64,000 nt of DNA, from positions 186,744,001 through 186,808,000 of the forward strand of contig OZ024741.1 of assembly GCA_964016885.1 (NCBI GenBank), in the 5' to 3' direction. Positions 14,350-27,565 of this stretch are shown here, one piece after another. Both the position numbers and the translations under genes were made by a program. The notes under the pieces were generated by a model. It ran no database searches. It was not told where the DNA came from and saw nothing but the letters and a program-made list of their open reading frames with translations. Origin of the DNA: Eledone cirrhosa. Lineage: Eukaryota. The first letter of the stretch is position 1; every line of letters begins with the position of its first letter.

Positions 14350-15470
14350 ATTGTTATGCTTTGGGAGGGTCATGTTGCCAATAAGAAACACACGCACCAG
14401 ATGCTTTCACTTCAATTTATTATTAATTAAATTTATAAATTTAGGAATTTATAAATTTCCGGTTGGTTGGTTGGTTCCACAACCAGACGATTGTTCATAT
14501 ATTGTCAAAGTTCTTTCGTCACACATTATGTGACCTCTTCAGTGACTGGGGATGGTTTTCTTTGTTTTTGTGCCTCTCCTTTGTTCTGTCCTACGCCATC
14601 TTGTTTTTGTGTGTGTTGTGTGCTTAGTTTGCGCATGTGTTACATCCGGGTGTCTGTGTGTGTTTATATTTGTTTATTTATTTGTTTATTTACATGTTAC
14701 TGGTTGGTTGTTTGTTCTATGTGTGTGTGTGTTTTCATTTTGTCCTTAATTGTAAGTTCTGATGTTGCTGTTCCATTCATGTTTTCTATTTAATTTTGGT
14801 TGGAGTTCATTTATGTTTATTGCTTCTGTGATTTGTCTAAACATTGCGTCTTTTCTGTGTGTAAATTCTATTTTTATTTCTATGTTCTCTAATTTACCCT
14901 TATGTTCTATTTTAGCATGTTGGTAGAGTACAGATGATTCTTTACTATCTTGAAGGTCTCGCCAGTGTTCATTTATCAGTTACCCATTACTACGAGCTGT
15001 CTCACCTATGTACACTATATTCTTATCTCTACATTGTCCTTCAGTACATATTATGCTATATACTACATTTCTAGTTTTACAGTTAATATGGGGGCTTAGT
15101 TTACAGATTATACATTTCTTATCTATACAGGGAGGTCTTTGAAAATTAAATAGAAAACATGAATGGAACAGCAACATCACAACTTACAATTAAGGACAAA
15201 ATGAAAACACACATAGAACAAACAACCAACTTGTAACATGTAAATAAACAAATAAATAAACAAATATAAACACACACAGACACCCGGATGTAATACATGC
15301 GCAAACTAAGCACACAACACACACAATAATAAATAATAAATTGAAGTGAAAGCAACTGGTGCGTGTGTTTCTTATTGGAAACATGATCCTCCCAAAGCAT
15401 AACAATATCGGTTTCAACACACGTTTTCAGATAAAGAATCTTGCTAAACAAATTCAGAAACGAAATATAT
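14350..15470 (-). mobile_element. 5'-truncated Penelope-like element: GIY-YIG endonuclease remnant, pLTR with hammerhead, inverted pLTR copy
   Basis: Minus strand 15140-14745 reads CIDKKCIICKLSPHINCKTRNVVYSIICTEGQCRDKNIVYIGETARS*LINEH...LYQH...RQITEAININELQPKLN; 15146-15405 is an inverted copy of parts of 14350-14793; flanked by (TA)n. Confidence 0.85.
14504..14546 (-). ncRNA. Minimal hammerhead motif in Penelope-like pLTR
   Basis: GTCA-CTGAAGA-GGTCACA TAATG TGTGAC-GAAA-GAAC-TT-TGAC. Confidence 0.7.
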
Positions 15471-16188
15471 ATACATACATATACGTATATATATGGGTAT
15501 TCCAGTTTCACGGGGTCGATAAAATAAAGTACCAGTAATGTACTGGATAATTGATGGCCTTGTGCCAAAAGTAGAAACAATTATATACATGTCTGTGTAT
15601 ATTTTTATTATTTAAAAATTATTTTTAAGTGAACATGATTTTTTTGTTTAATATTTTGAAGTGAGCGTGACCCAATGGGAAAATTAAAATTCCTTAAAGC
15701 GCTGTTTCACAGTTCCTAGTACCGGATTGAGAGTCGATCTAAGTAATCGACTATCAATTACCCACTATCGATTTTGGTGTAGCTCCGGGAGACGTGAAAC
15801 TAATCATCAGAGGAAACGTGTTTTGTTACGAGTTCCAAAAATATAGAAAATCCCTTTATAAATAGTCAATCCAGACCACATGGGGTTAATTAATATTCAA
15901 CAGTGACGGCAGATACAAATAGAGCTGGGCGTCGCGTCGTCCGCTAGAAAGAGGTGCAATGTTCCAGTCACAACACAAACAACTCAACAATTTAAGAGTT
16001 TTGAGCAGATATATACTAATTTAAATTATCATAATATATGTAATATGAATGGTGAAGATGTTTCTCAGTAAAAAAGCTCAATGAACGTGTGTACAGGATA
16101 TCAAATATTTTTTGGAATATTTTTCTTTTGCCTTGTTTTCGTTCGTTTTCTTCTCTTTGTTAATTTTCCTAAGTTTATACCCCCCCCC

Positions 16189-16556
<368 letters not shown>

Positions 16557-16626
16557 TAATTATTCCGTCACTCTTATGTGGAAAAAGTACGTTCAGTGCT
16601 TGAATTGAATTGCATCAATGTTTACC

Positions 16627-16740
<114 letters not shown>

Positions 16741-16915
16741 AGTATATCTACTAACATATGCGTACAGATGTACGCTAATGCCAGCAAATACATAAGTTAT
16801 GTCAAAGTACATAGGTGGTTCAATGCAGGAGGATGCAGAACAATAATATGAAGGACGTAAAATAAGAAAATTTTAAAAAAAGATTTAAAAAATTAACTTA
16901 CTTACTAAAATTTTC

Positions 16916-16997
16916 ACTCCAACTAATTAGTTTCTGCAATGGGATAAAGACAGTTACGTAATATAACCGTCGAGAATTCATTGCGTCATCAGGGAGT
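16916..16997 (-). ncRNA. Type I hammerhead motif
   Basis: Reverse complement of 17994-18075. Confidence 0.8.
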
Positions 16998-17993
16998 CTA
17001 TTCTCAGCTAAGTCTCCAGGCAATGCGCGGACACCGGGGACTCATATAAAAATAATAATAATTCGGTAGATGGAACAGCTAGCGGGGACTGGATTCCATG
17101 CACTGAAAAGCTCGCTGTCTCTGGTCAAATGGCAGATTCTAAAGAATCAATCACGTGACACTGAGGCTAGTCGGAAGGAGTGGGATGATAAGATGCCAGA
17201 AGCCTACTACCACACCAATGAATTAGTAATGGTTTTGGCAAGTTTGCTCAACAAATAAATAATTTGGAGATAAATATAGAGTATTTAGTATATCTACTAA
17301 CATATGCGTACAGATGTACGCTAATGCCAGCAAATATATAAGTTATGTCATAGTACATAGGTGGTTCAATGCAGGAGGATGCAGAACAATAATATGAAGG
17401 ACGTAAAATAAGAAAATTTTAAAAAAAGATTTAAAAAATTAACTTACTTACTAAAATTTTCACTCCAACTAATTAGTTTCTGCAATGGGATAAAGACAGT
17501 TACGTAATATAACCGTCGAGAATCTAATTAGTTGGAGTGAAAATTTTAGTAAGTAAGTTAATTTTTTAAATCTTTTTTTAAAATTTTCTTATTTTACGTC
17601 CTTCATATTATTGTTCTGCATCCTCCTGCATTGAACCACCTAGGTACTTTGACATAACTTATGTATTTGCTGGCATTAGCGTACGCATATGTTAGTAGAT
17701 ATACTAAATTCTCTATATTTATCTCCAAATTATTTATTTGTTGAACAAACCTGCCAAAACCACTACTAATTCATTGGTGTGGTAGTAGGCTTCTGTCATC
17801 TTACCATCCCACTCCTTCCGACTAGCCTCGGTGTCACGTGATTGATTCTTTAGAATCTGCCATTTGACCAGAGACAGCGAGCTTTTCAGTGCATGGATCC
17901 AGTCCCCGCTAGCTGTTCCATCTACCGAATTATTATTATTTTTATATGAGTCCCCGTTGTCCGCGCATTGCCTGGAGACTTAGCTGAGAATAG

Positions 17994-18075
17994 ACTCCCT
18001 GATGACGCAATGAATTCTCGACGGTTATATTACGTAACTGTCTTTATCCCATTGCAGAAACTAATTAGTTGGAGT
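17994..18075 (+). ncRNA. Type I hammerhead motif
   Basis: ACTCC-CTGATGA-CGCAATG...CATTGCA-GAAA-CTAATTAG-TT-GGAGT. Confidence 0.8.
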
Positions 18076-18138
18076 GAAAATTTTAGTAAGTAAGTTAATT
18101 TTTTAAATCTTTTTTTAAAATTTTCTTATTTTACGTCC

Positions 18139-18205
<67 letters not shown>

Positions 18206-18262
18206 TAAAATGAATTCTTGGTGCAATCACTTTGGAAAATTAATTGTCTAAATTTGAGCTAA

Positions 18263-18336
18263 CTCCTGAAGAGTCCGGTGCTCTAGATTTCCAATGTTAT
18301 CGGATATCTTAAAATGCGGACGAAACCATGGTAGAG
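18263..18336 (+). ncRNA. Type I hammerhead motif in a (TA)n-adjacent element (about 18203-18660)
   Basis: CTC-CTGAAGA-GTCCG...CGGAC-GAAA-CCATGG-TA-GAG; canonical G-C closing pair of stem II, GUA site. Confidence 0.85.
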
Positions 18337-18675
18337 GTAACTAAATATGTTCACTTTCCTTCTAGTTGATTTTACACCTAATTCTGTTTAGTTGACGTTA
18401 TATTTGGTCGATTTATAAACGCTGTCGAAATACTCGATAAATACTCCGTCGCAACCGCCGCGAAGGGCTGCTTTCGGTTATTTGTCGGAGATTTCTTCAT
18501 AGGAGCTTTTATTCTTATAGCTTGGTCTAATTGATGTTTTATATGGTTAATTATGCTAATTGGGAGAGGAAACGGTATATATTTTATCTGGTGATTCTAT
18601 AGACATGTTTTATGATATATAGCTATAATTATTTAATTTATTAACTCTTCATTGAGCCACAAAGTGACCCGTTGC

Positions 18676-18752
<77 letters not shown>

Positions 18753-20059
18753 CTTTATATATATATATATATATATATATGCATATAAGTTATTGCAAAC
18801 CTGTTCATATGTGTCTGTATGTATCGGTGAATCTCTAAGTATATGTCTGTTGTCTATAAAGAATTCCATATAAACTGGTTATAATCCATTTACGTTTAAC
18901 AGAAAATGGAAATAAAAATTTCAACATATTCAGCATCCGAAATACAACAGAAAACTTACAAGTATATACATATATGAACGGTTTCAGCGCATCTTTCGTC
19001 TATAAAATTACGTTGGTCATCTCATCCACAGCTGCAGTAGAAGTTTCTAGCCTTAACCATGGATTCAGACGATCACTGAGGGATCTCAAGCTGCAGAATT
19101 ATAGAATAGAAACAGGAACCACGTTTTTGCACGGCTAACTTCTTAATCTTTTAGTTATGCCTGCAGCTATATCTACAAGGCGCTAGGTTTGGTTTGAACT
19201 AAGGAGCCTTACTTCTAAATAAAGGATAGCAACCTATTTTAATGTCATCTGAAGAATCTTTTGTTTGATGTCCAGTCGCCACGTCTTGTGCATAATTTCC
19301 ACTTTTCTGGGAGATCCTGAAAAGATGTTGTCCATTTCCTATCTGACTAAACGTTGAAAAAGAAAAAAAGAAATATAAATGTTTTTAGCGTTCCTTCTTG
19401 GTATGTCTAAAGTTCGACTATGAAACTATGGATTGTAGAAAGCTTATCTTGATAACAGAAACATTAGTAATTGGTTGATCAAAAGTGTTGTACACAATTG
19501 AACATGAACCAAAGCAATATATAATAAATTATGGTTTGTTAAATGTAAATATACAAACTAAATTTATAGATTAGATTTAGGTGTTAATGATCTTTATCAA
19601 ACGTAAGAATATAAGAGCAACTACATAGAAAATAGAAAACATGAATAAAACCTTGGAGGTGGGGTCGTTTTTGAGAAACTTCGAAAAATACGATATCAAA
19701 AAGGTTGTACTTTTATCTGACCGCATAACTCTCTCCTTGGACATCTACCAAGTTATTTACATATGGAATCTCCGCTCCAAGATCTTAGATGCCAGGGCGG
19801 AAGGAAAGAAGGAAAAGACATTTTACATTAGTTAACATAGGAACAGACGCTCTACTTTCCAAGGTGAGACTGATAGCAATAACAGAAAAATATTCCCCAA
19901 CTATACGCCCAACTATATTTCAAAAAGGCACATAGGATAATCTAGTCATAGATAGGCAATGTTTGATAAAAGATGTGATGATCAAGGCTGATGCACTTTT
20001 GTTCGTAGATCCCCTCGATATGAGCAGTACCGGCGTTACATAACAACATTTAATTCTAA

Positions 20060-20279
20060 ATAATGGTTTCTTATATAGCCATAAGGCCAGCATTTTGGGG
20101 GAGGGGAAAGTCGATTAAATCGACCCCAGTGCGTGACTGGTACGTTATTTTATCGACCCCGTAAGAATGGAAGGTAAAGTTAACCTCGGCGGGATTTGAA
20201 CTCAGATCATAAAGGGCCGTAACTCTATGCTGCAAAGTATGGCGTCCGACCCTCTACCGATACAGCCAATGCACCGCCC
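20060..20279 (-). mobile_element. tRNA-type SINE
   Basis: Reverse complement of the 4457 family with a longer 3' part. Confidence 0.85.
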
Positions 20280-20803
20280 GTACTTAGCATTACTAATATT
20301 TTTGTTGTTGTTACTGTTTAGTCCCAAATCATCCCAGTACTGACCATCCAATCTTTTTCTGTGTATATCACTACATTGTTTAATTCTTCTTTATATTTTA
20401 ATGACAATAAAATGTGATTTGAGGAAGATTTGATAGGTATATCAAATAAGTCGGTTGACCACACAAAAGTTCCCATTGCTGATGTTGTTGATTTAGTTGC
20501 TTCAGCCGCTACTTTTGTTGTTGCTACTGTTACTATTGTTGTTTTGGTGATATGTGAATTTTCAAGTATATGGGATATAAATTGCTGAATGATTCATCCA
20601 TTTAGTGTATATAAATGTTAAGTAAATGCTTCAAAGCGTGACTTTTACGACCTAACAGCTCTGATTATTCATCTAATTCGTTGCATGTATCATGTTTTGC
20701 TTATGTACAGTTTACATAGGAAATTCCAACAGAAACTGCCACGAACGTTATAATGCTGCCCAAAAATGTTATAAATATATTTATAAACGAAATAAAAGTA
20801 AGG

Positions 20804-21120
20804 TATCAGTCACAAAAATGCCGAAGGTGTAGCACTGAGGAAACATACATGCAATAAATAAAATATATAGCTATATGTTAATAATCGTATAACGTAGGAT
20901 ACAGCTAAGATATCAGTCACAGAAATGCCGAAGGTGTAGCACTGAGGAAACATACATGCAATAAATAAAATATATAGCTATATGTTAATAATCGTATAAC
21001 GTAGGATACAGCTAAGATATCAGTCACAGAAATGCCGAAGGTGTAGCACTGAGGAACCATACATGCAATAAATAAAATATATAGCTATATGTTAATAATC
21101 GTATAACGTAGGATGCAGCT
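20804..21120. repeat. Minisatellite, 107-bp unit x3
   Basis: TATCAGTCAC starts at 20804, 20911 and 21018; units near-identical. Confidence 0.95.
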
Positions 21121-21502
21121 CAAGAGAAAGTGAAATAAGTTTAAGTTGGAAAAAGATATGTCTTAGTGTATAAAAATAAGAGAGGACGATCATTACGATG
21201 GAGGATGAATATAGGAACAGAAATGTTGAGAGAAGGAACACAATTATAAGGTCACATTTGATAATAGCCAGAAGCTTGATCTTAAAACGAAAAGGGAAAC
21301 TGCATAGTAATATCTAATGGTAAATAGTTAAAAATAGCACATAGACAGTAAAAACAAAAACAACGTACAGAGATATTCACATCCAACAGAACATGGGTGA
21401 CAGCTCACACCTATGCAGGTTTAGCTGGCCTCCTCCAAGGTATATCTCGTTGAAGGTGTCTTGGGTAATTTAATGATAGAGACCCCAGTCCTATCATCAC
21501 AT

Positions 21503-21637
21503 TTCTACAGCTGAGTAAACTGGAGCAACGTGAAATAAAGTGTCTTGCTAAAGGAAACAACATATCACCCGGTCCGAGAATTGAACTCACAACTTTTCGA
21601 TTGCAAGCCCAATGCTCTAACCACTAAGCCATGCGCC
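21503..21637 (-). mobile_element. Second tRNA-derived SINE family
   Basis: Minus strand GGCGCATGGCTTAGTGGTTAGAGC (A box), GAGTTCAATTCTC (B box), then CCTTTAGCAAGACACTTTATTTCACGTTGCTCCAG body. Confidence 0.8.
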
Positions 21638-21800
21638 AACAAAACATAGTGGAATAGAAAAAGCCAATGGCACAGAAATCGTGAATAAACGTAACGAGAT
21701 GATAGAAACGAACTGTGAAGATGTTATGTTCAATACAAAATGTCATCAATATAGGATTAAGATTAAGTTAATGTTAAAGTAATATTATTTTATTTATGGA

Positions 21801-21846
21801 AATGCACTGGGTAATTGTTGGCCTTGTGCCAAAAGTAGAAACAATT
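21801..21846 (+). mobile_element. 3' fragment of SINE with target-site duplication
   Basis: ATGCACTGGGTAATTG...GTAGAAACAATT flanked by direct repeats of TTTTATTTATGGAA. Confidence 0.75.
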
Positions 21847-21859
21847 ATTTTATTTATGG

Positions 21860-22435
21860 AATATATCATGTAAATAAAGTTTATTAGAAGAAGAAAAGGA
21901 AAATTTAGATTGAGAAGAATGGAATATAAAATAGAAAAGATATAGAGGGAAAACAGAAAAATAAAGAAAAAACAGGAAGAGGATGGAATGGCGAGATGTC
22001 TAGTGGAGGATGATTGGGGCCTGGGCCTAAGGCGCGGGAGTAGAGGGGCTGCGCCTCGCGGACCAGACCGCAAAAGCATTCCCGCGACACAATGGCCAGC
22101 GACACCCACTGCAACAGCCACCCCACCTTGCGGGGCTCTTTCTTCATGTGAGCCGCCAATGTTCCGATCTTGCGGAGGATCTCGATTGTACGGGAGTCCA
22201 AGTATGCCTCAGGTCTTTGACTGTGACTGGTGCGAAGAGGAAGTGACCGGGTTGTCCCCCGGTATTTGTTTATTTTCCGTTCCACTGCAAGACGGACCGC
22301 AGTATCCGGGTTTGTGGCCTAAGCGATTAAGTTGGAGGTGGAGAACGTGTCGCCACAGGTGGCGACCCAGATGAGGGATCTAATTCCTTCGAATGAGAAG
22401 AAGGTGATTCCATCAGAACGCTTGCCATCTCCGCG
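21860..22435 (-). mobile_element. 3' fragment of a CRE-like restriction-endonuclease non-LTR retrotransposon
   Basis: Minus strand reads DGKRSDGITFF...LIWVATCGDTFS...ERKINKY...WLLQWVSLAIV/RGNAFAV (frameshifted), matching the RPDG...WDxT...LQRxSxAIxRGN pattern. Confidence 0.7.
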
Positions 22436-23122
22436 GTCAAATTAATAAACATAGTAAACGTAAGATTAATACAGGTGACAAATAAAGGGCTGAAGATAAA
22501 ATGTACGGTTTAGAATAATGCATTCTACAATAACATGTTAAGCTGATAATATACTAAATTCATAATGGAGACGATTCTTGACGCAGGATAGAAAATGCTT
22601 AATAGAAATAAAAAATCCAGTAACACATTGAAAAAAAAAAAAGGAATAAACAATTAAAGGGGTATGGTTAGGCAGCGTCAAAATAATACATTCTAAGCAC
22701 ACTTAAGAGGGTTTATGAGGAAATTAGAGAAATGTGATGAAGTAAATACAAAAAAAGGTAAAAGATAAAAGATAAAACGTTTGGCTTGTTGGGCTTCGAT
22801 AAAAGGAAATAAAATGAAGTGTTTAAAAGTATAGCATATCTACATCAATGTTTACTGATGTATACGTTATGCAATATAAGGGGTGGTTAAGGTTGTGAAA
22901 GGAAAATTCCCATACGTTAGCGATAAATGTTAAAAATAGATCCAACAATGTAAATATTTTACGTGTGCCTATCCTAACTTATTTAGTGGAAAATAACCAA
23001 TGACACCATTTTATGGCTTTATATATACATGTTTATATATGTATGTGTATGTATGTATGTATCTCTTTCTCAATCAGTGTTTTTACATTTTTATCTTTTT
23101 CCCCGACCCGCCTCTCTCCCTT

Positions 23123-23737
<615 letters not shown>

Positions 23738-23800
23738 TATATATATATATATTTCTTTATTTACCATAAAGGCATAAAAAGAAGGGACAAATACAAAGGG

Positions 23801-23859
<59 letters not shown>

Positions 23860-24094
23860 TAGATAGATAGATAGATAGATTTCTTTATTTACCATAAAGG
23901 CATAAAAAGAAGGGACAAATACAAAGGGGGAGTTTACATATAATCGAGTAAAAAGGGTGTAACATGAAAATAATCGAAAATAACCTCAAAAGGGAGGGGA
24001 CGTGATGGGGGTTGCACACACCCCCGAAAAAGTGTGCAATCCTTTGCCCGGGGAGCACATGGAGAAGGTGCTCCCCTCTCCTTTACTTCTTTAC

Positions 24095-27000
24095 CTACAG
24101 GATGGTATACAGAGAAGGCCCATTTACACGAGCCATTCTCGCCACTATCACCCACCTTTCATAAAACTGCCTGTGGCCAAGCACCTCTCTCTCCATTCTT
24201 ATCCTTCTTCCGAAGTGATATCGGAAGAAGTAGACCAGACTATGGCCAGAGAGGAAGTTGCCTGATCTCAGACCTTTCAATCGTGTCCACCAAACAACCT
24301 CTTTCAACATGGCTATTACGCACAGAAAAACCGCCTTTGCTTCCTTTGTGAAGAGGGGAGGCGGTTTGATTGTCATCACGGACTCGGCGGTCAATTTAAT
24401 CGGCGCCACCCGCGACAGCAGTCGTTCGGCGTAGCCCCACAGATCAGCCACGCCCGGACATTGCACCAATGCGTGCGCAACGGTTTCTTCGTGACGCACG
24501 CATCTAGGGCAAATCTTTTTTGAGGGATCCCTGCCCGGGCGCCCGTGTCTGTAGAGCCTCTCTCGAACGGGTAGAGCCCCCCGGTAGCACTGCCAGGCCA
24601 GTGACTTCTGGAAGTTGTCCATTGGTCCTGGGCCGAAAGTCCTACCGAACAGGCTGGCCAGTTCGTCTTCTTCCATGTCCAGCGACTCTCCAAGGGTGTC
24701 ATCGCCCCTGCTAGCCACCAGCCCTCTATAGAATGATGAGGTGGATTCTCCACCGATGGCCTGGCCCGCTTGCCAGAGAGCCCTGAGCGCCTGAGCACAC
24801 TCAGTGTGCCAGTCTCCCAGTTTTCCGGATCTTTGCTTGACCCAGGACTGTAGCTCGGTGAGTGAGACGAGTCTCGGAAAGGCTCGTTTCACGAACGGAG
24901 CCCACACCGGTTGACCAGTGAGGAATACCTGTAGGTGCCGTAGCCTTAATGCGTGCCTACGCATCATCAACCACGGCATCCCCAGCCCTCCTTTCGAAGG
25001 TTGTTGGCAGCAGATGGATCTTTTCACCATAGGAGGACGCTTCTTCCAAAGAAATTGGAAGAGCATGCGTTCCATGGTGGTGAGTGTTTCCTTAGGGCAA
25101 GGCACGACAGTCAGGCGGTAGTAAGTGACGGACGCTATGTAAATGTTCGCCACCTCCGCCCGGCCTTTTAGGGACAGCTTACACTTGGCCCATTTCTGGG
25201 TTAGTGCAAACACCTTGTTCGTAACCTCGTTCCAGTTCTTTTCCACCTGGAGGTCCGGTCCAAACCAGACCCCAAGCAACTTTACCGGGCCCTCCGTCCA
25301 GTGTCCGACGACACCGTCAGGAGGCATCGGTCTGCCTCTCCACGTTCCGAGTTGCAGCCCGATGGATTTTTCCCGGTTCAGTTTCGCTCCTGACAACCTT
25401 TCGTACTCCTCCAGTAAGGTACCGATCGCCTCGATCTCCGAGTCGGTTGATACCATTACTGTTACGTCATCGGCGTAGGCCGACACCGCTTTGCTCAATC
25501 CTGGTTCCAGGGGGATACCCTGCAACAACTCCAACTTCCTCAGTAAAGGCTCGAGAGTCAATACGTACAGAAGGGAGGAGAGAGGGCACCCCTGTCGAAT
25601 AGATCGTGTGATTTCGAACGGCTTCGAAAGGTAGCCGTTCACCTTGATCCTAGAACAGATGTGGTTGCTATGTAGGGCAGTGATCCAGCCTCTGAAAACA
25701 GGACCGAACCCAGCCGCCGCTAGCACCGCATCCAGGTAACCATGGTCGACCCTATCGAAGGCCTTAGACTGATCCAAGTTGATCAGGGCCCCACCGAAGC
25801 CGGGTTTGTTGCCAACCCTCTCTATGATGTATCGCATGAGGTGGAGGTTATCGTGAATGGACCTGGATGGGATAGCACATGTCTGCGCATCTCCCACCAG
25901 GCCACCCACGACAAGCGCCAACCTCTTTGCTAACACCTTGGCCAAAATCTTTAACTCTATGTTTAGCAGGGTTATGGGCCGAAAATTATTTATACTATCC
26001 CCCTTGTTCTCGTCCTTCCTCACCAGCGTGACTACGCCCTTGGCTACAGAACAAGGAATTCTCCCGTTCTGCTGCCAATTGCAGTAGACCGCTTCGAGGA
26101 GTTCGGAGAAGAAGACCGGCATTGCTAAATAAAGTTCGTAAGGTATACCATCGAGACCTGGAGATTTGCGTCTGCTGCATTGGCTCAGCGCATCTCCGAT
26201 CTCATCAGCCGAGATTGGTCCCTCGCAGGACTCTGCCTCTTCGTTCGAGAGACGCGGCAGGCCGTCGAGGTATGGACCGAAATCCACGCCCCCGCCCGGA
26301 CCCTCGCCTCCCCCGAACAATCGGGCAAAGTGCCTTTGAAAGGCCTCGCACATCTGCTTAGGCTCCCGGATCACCCGTCCATCTTCGTCTTGCAACGACC
26401 GGATGGTGGATCGATTTCCACTCTTAGCTTCTGTCACGCGGGCCCATCCAACGGCTTTGGCCCCCTCATTACCTAGAGCACGTATTTTACTTCGAATGAC
26501 GCAGCCTTCGTGCTTTGCATCGAAAAACTGGTTCAAGGCCGTCCTCGATGCCAGCACTCTGGCCACATCTTCGCTCTTGATTGCCTCTTCTAATTTACCT
26601 GTTAATTCTTTCTCGTTTCTATTCCTATCGGCAGCTAACATCTTGCTATAACTTATTGATTCTGTTCTAATCTCTCTTTTGAGAGATGCCCACCATCGGT
26701 TGTTGACGATTGCACCCGTCAACCTCTCCTTAACTAATCTGCTAATCCGGTTTCTGTAAGTCTCTTTTGCCGGTAAAGACAAATTAAGTTTCCAGTAACC
26801 GGGACCCTGTCTATGTGTTTTCTCGAGATTGACCACGCAGGTCACTAATTTGTGATCCGTGTAGCCAACCGTGCGCATTTCTGGACAGCTTAATATGTTC
26901 CTATCCTTACTTCTAACTAAGAATCTATCTAAGTACGATCTAGATTGACCACTGTGGTTTCTCCAAGTCCAGGTAGGCACAGTTGGAAAATCTAGTCGAT

Positions 27001-27532
27001 ATCTATCGACCAAGTTAAAACGGTCGAGTAACCCCTTGAGGCTGTTACACCCCCCTCTATTAGGACATGCTCCTGCATAGTCCCAACCTGCATCCAGGAT
27101 GTCATTCCAATCCCCCGCTAGAAGCAGGGAACGCGACGTTCCCAGAAAAGTCTCCAAACGCTGGAAGAAGTCGGGCCGTTCAGCTCCGAAAGGGGAGTAG
27201 ACGGCGACCAGTCTCAAGGCCGCACTTTCACTACTGCCAACGTCTAGCACCAACAAACGACCCTCCGGGTCCGAGTGCACAACCTGTACGGCAAGACCCA
27301 GGTGTTTTTGCAGCAGTACGACAACCCCACCCCCACCTCCAGGTTGACAGAGAGATGCATGCACCTCAAAGTCATCGAAGGTGGGGGCCAGCTGCCGCAC
27401 GACGCTGATTCGAGTCTCACAGATAACCATTACATTTATACTACATGACCTGAGGTCATTTAGAAGCTTTACTTGCTTCCAAGTTGAGCCCAGGCCACGT
27501 GCATTCAAACATCCTACTCTTAACACATCCAT
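24095..27532 (-). CDS. ORF2: apurinic-like endonuclease, reverse transcriptase, CCHC zinc finger (1145 aa)
   Basis: NARGL, ICET, VYSP, GDWN, SYLDR, YTDH; KSPGLDG, FRPITLLN, DQSKAFD, IRQGCPLS, YADD, KLLGV; CPRCVRHEETVAHALVQC. Confidence 0.97.
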   Translation of the reverse strand: MDVLRVGCLNARGLGSTWKQVKLLNDLRSCSINVMVICETRISVVRQLAPTFDDFEVHASLCQPGGGGGVVVLLQKHLGLAVQVVHSDPEGRLLVLDVGSSESAALRLVAVYSPFGAERPDFFQRLETFLGTSRSLLLAGDWNDILDAGWDYAGACPNRGGCNSLKGLLDRFNLVDRYRLDFPTVPTWTWRNHSGQSRSYLDRFLVRSKDRNILSCPEMRTVGYTDHKLVTCVVNLEKTHRQGPGYWKLNLSLPAKETYRNRISRLVKERLTGAIVNNRWWASLKREIRTESISYSKMLAADRNRNEKELTGKLEEAIKSEDVARVLASRTALNQFFDAKHEGCVIRSKIRALGNEGAKAVGWARVTEAKSGNRSTIRSLQDEDGRVIREPKQMCEAFQRHFARLFGGGEGPGGGVDFGPYLDGLPRLSNEEAESCEGPISADEIGDALSQCSRRKSPGLDGIPYELYLAMPVFFSELLEAVYCNWQQNGRIPCSVAKGVVTLVRKDENKGDSINNFRPITLLNIELKILAKVLAKRLALVVGGLVGDAQTCAIPSRSIHDNLHLMRYIIERVGNKPGFGGALINLDQSKAFDRVDHGYLDAVLAAAGFGPVFRGWITALHSNHICSRIKVNGYLSKPFEITRSIRQGCPLSSLLYVLTLEPLLRKLELLQGIPLEPGLSKAVSAYADDVTVMVSTDSEIEAIGTLLEEYERLSGAKLNREKSIGLQLGTWRGRPMPPDGVVGHWTEGPVKLLGVWFGPDLQVEKNWNEVTNKVFALTQKWAKCKLSLKGRAEVANIYIASVTYYRLTVVPCPKETLTTMERMLFQFLWKKRPPMVKRSICCQQPSKGGLGMPWLMMRRHALRLRHLQVFLTGQPVWAPFVKRAFPRLVSLTELQSWVKQRSGKLGDWHTECAQALRALWQAGQAIGGESTSSFYRGLVASRGDDTLGESLDMEEDELASLFGRTFGPGPMDNFQKSLAWQCYRGALPVRERLYRHGRPGRDPSKKICPRCVRHEETVAHALVQCPGVADLWGYAERLLSRVAPIKLTAESVMTIKPPPLFTKEAKAVFLCVIAMLKEVVWWTRLKGLRSGNFLSGHSLVYFFRYHFGRRIRMEREVLGHRQFYERWVIVARMARVNGPSLYTIL

Positions 27533-27565
27533 GTGGGCGGCAGAGCCAAAGGAGAGTGTAGAGAC

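Larger units (their letters stand above)
13806..15680 (+). mobile_element. Non-autonomous Helitron copy (same family as the 60-63 kb array) interrupted by nested inserts
   Basis: 13806-14340 and 15583-15680 match the reverse complement of the array units, ending in a partial CGTGACCCAATGGG hairpin. Confidence 0.7.

Noticed and set aside
21560-21637. tRNA gene
   Set aside because: A and B boxes are present but there is no good acceptor stem and the sequence continues into a SINE body
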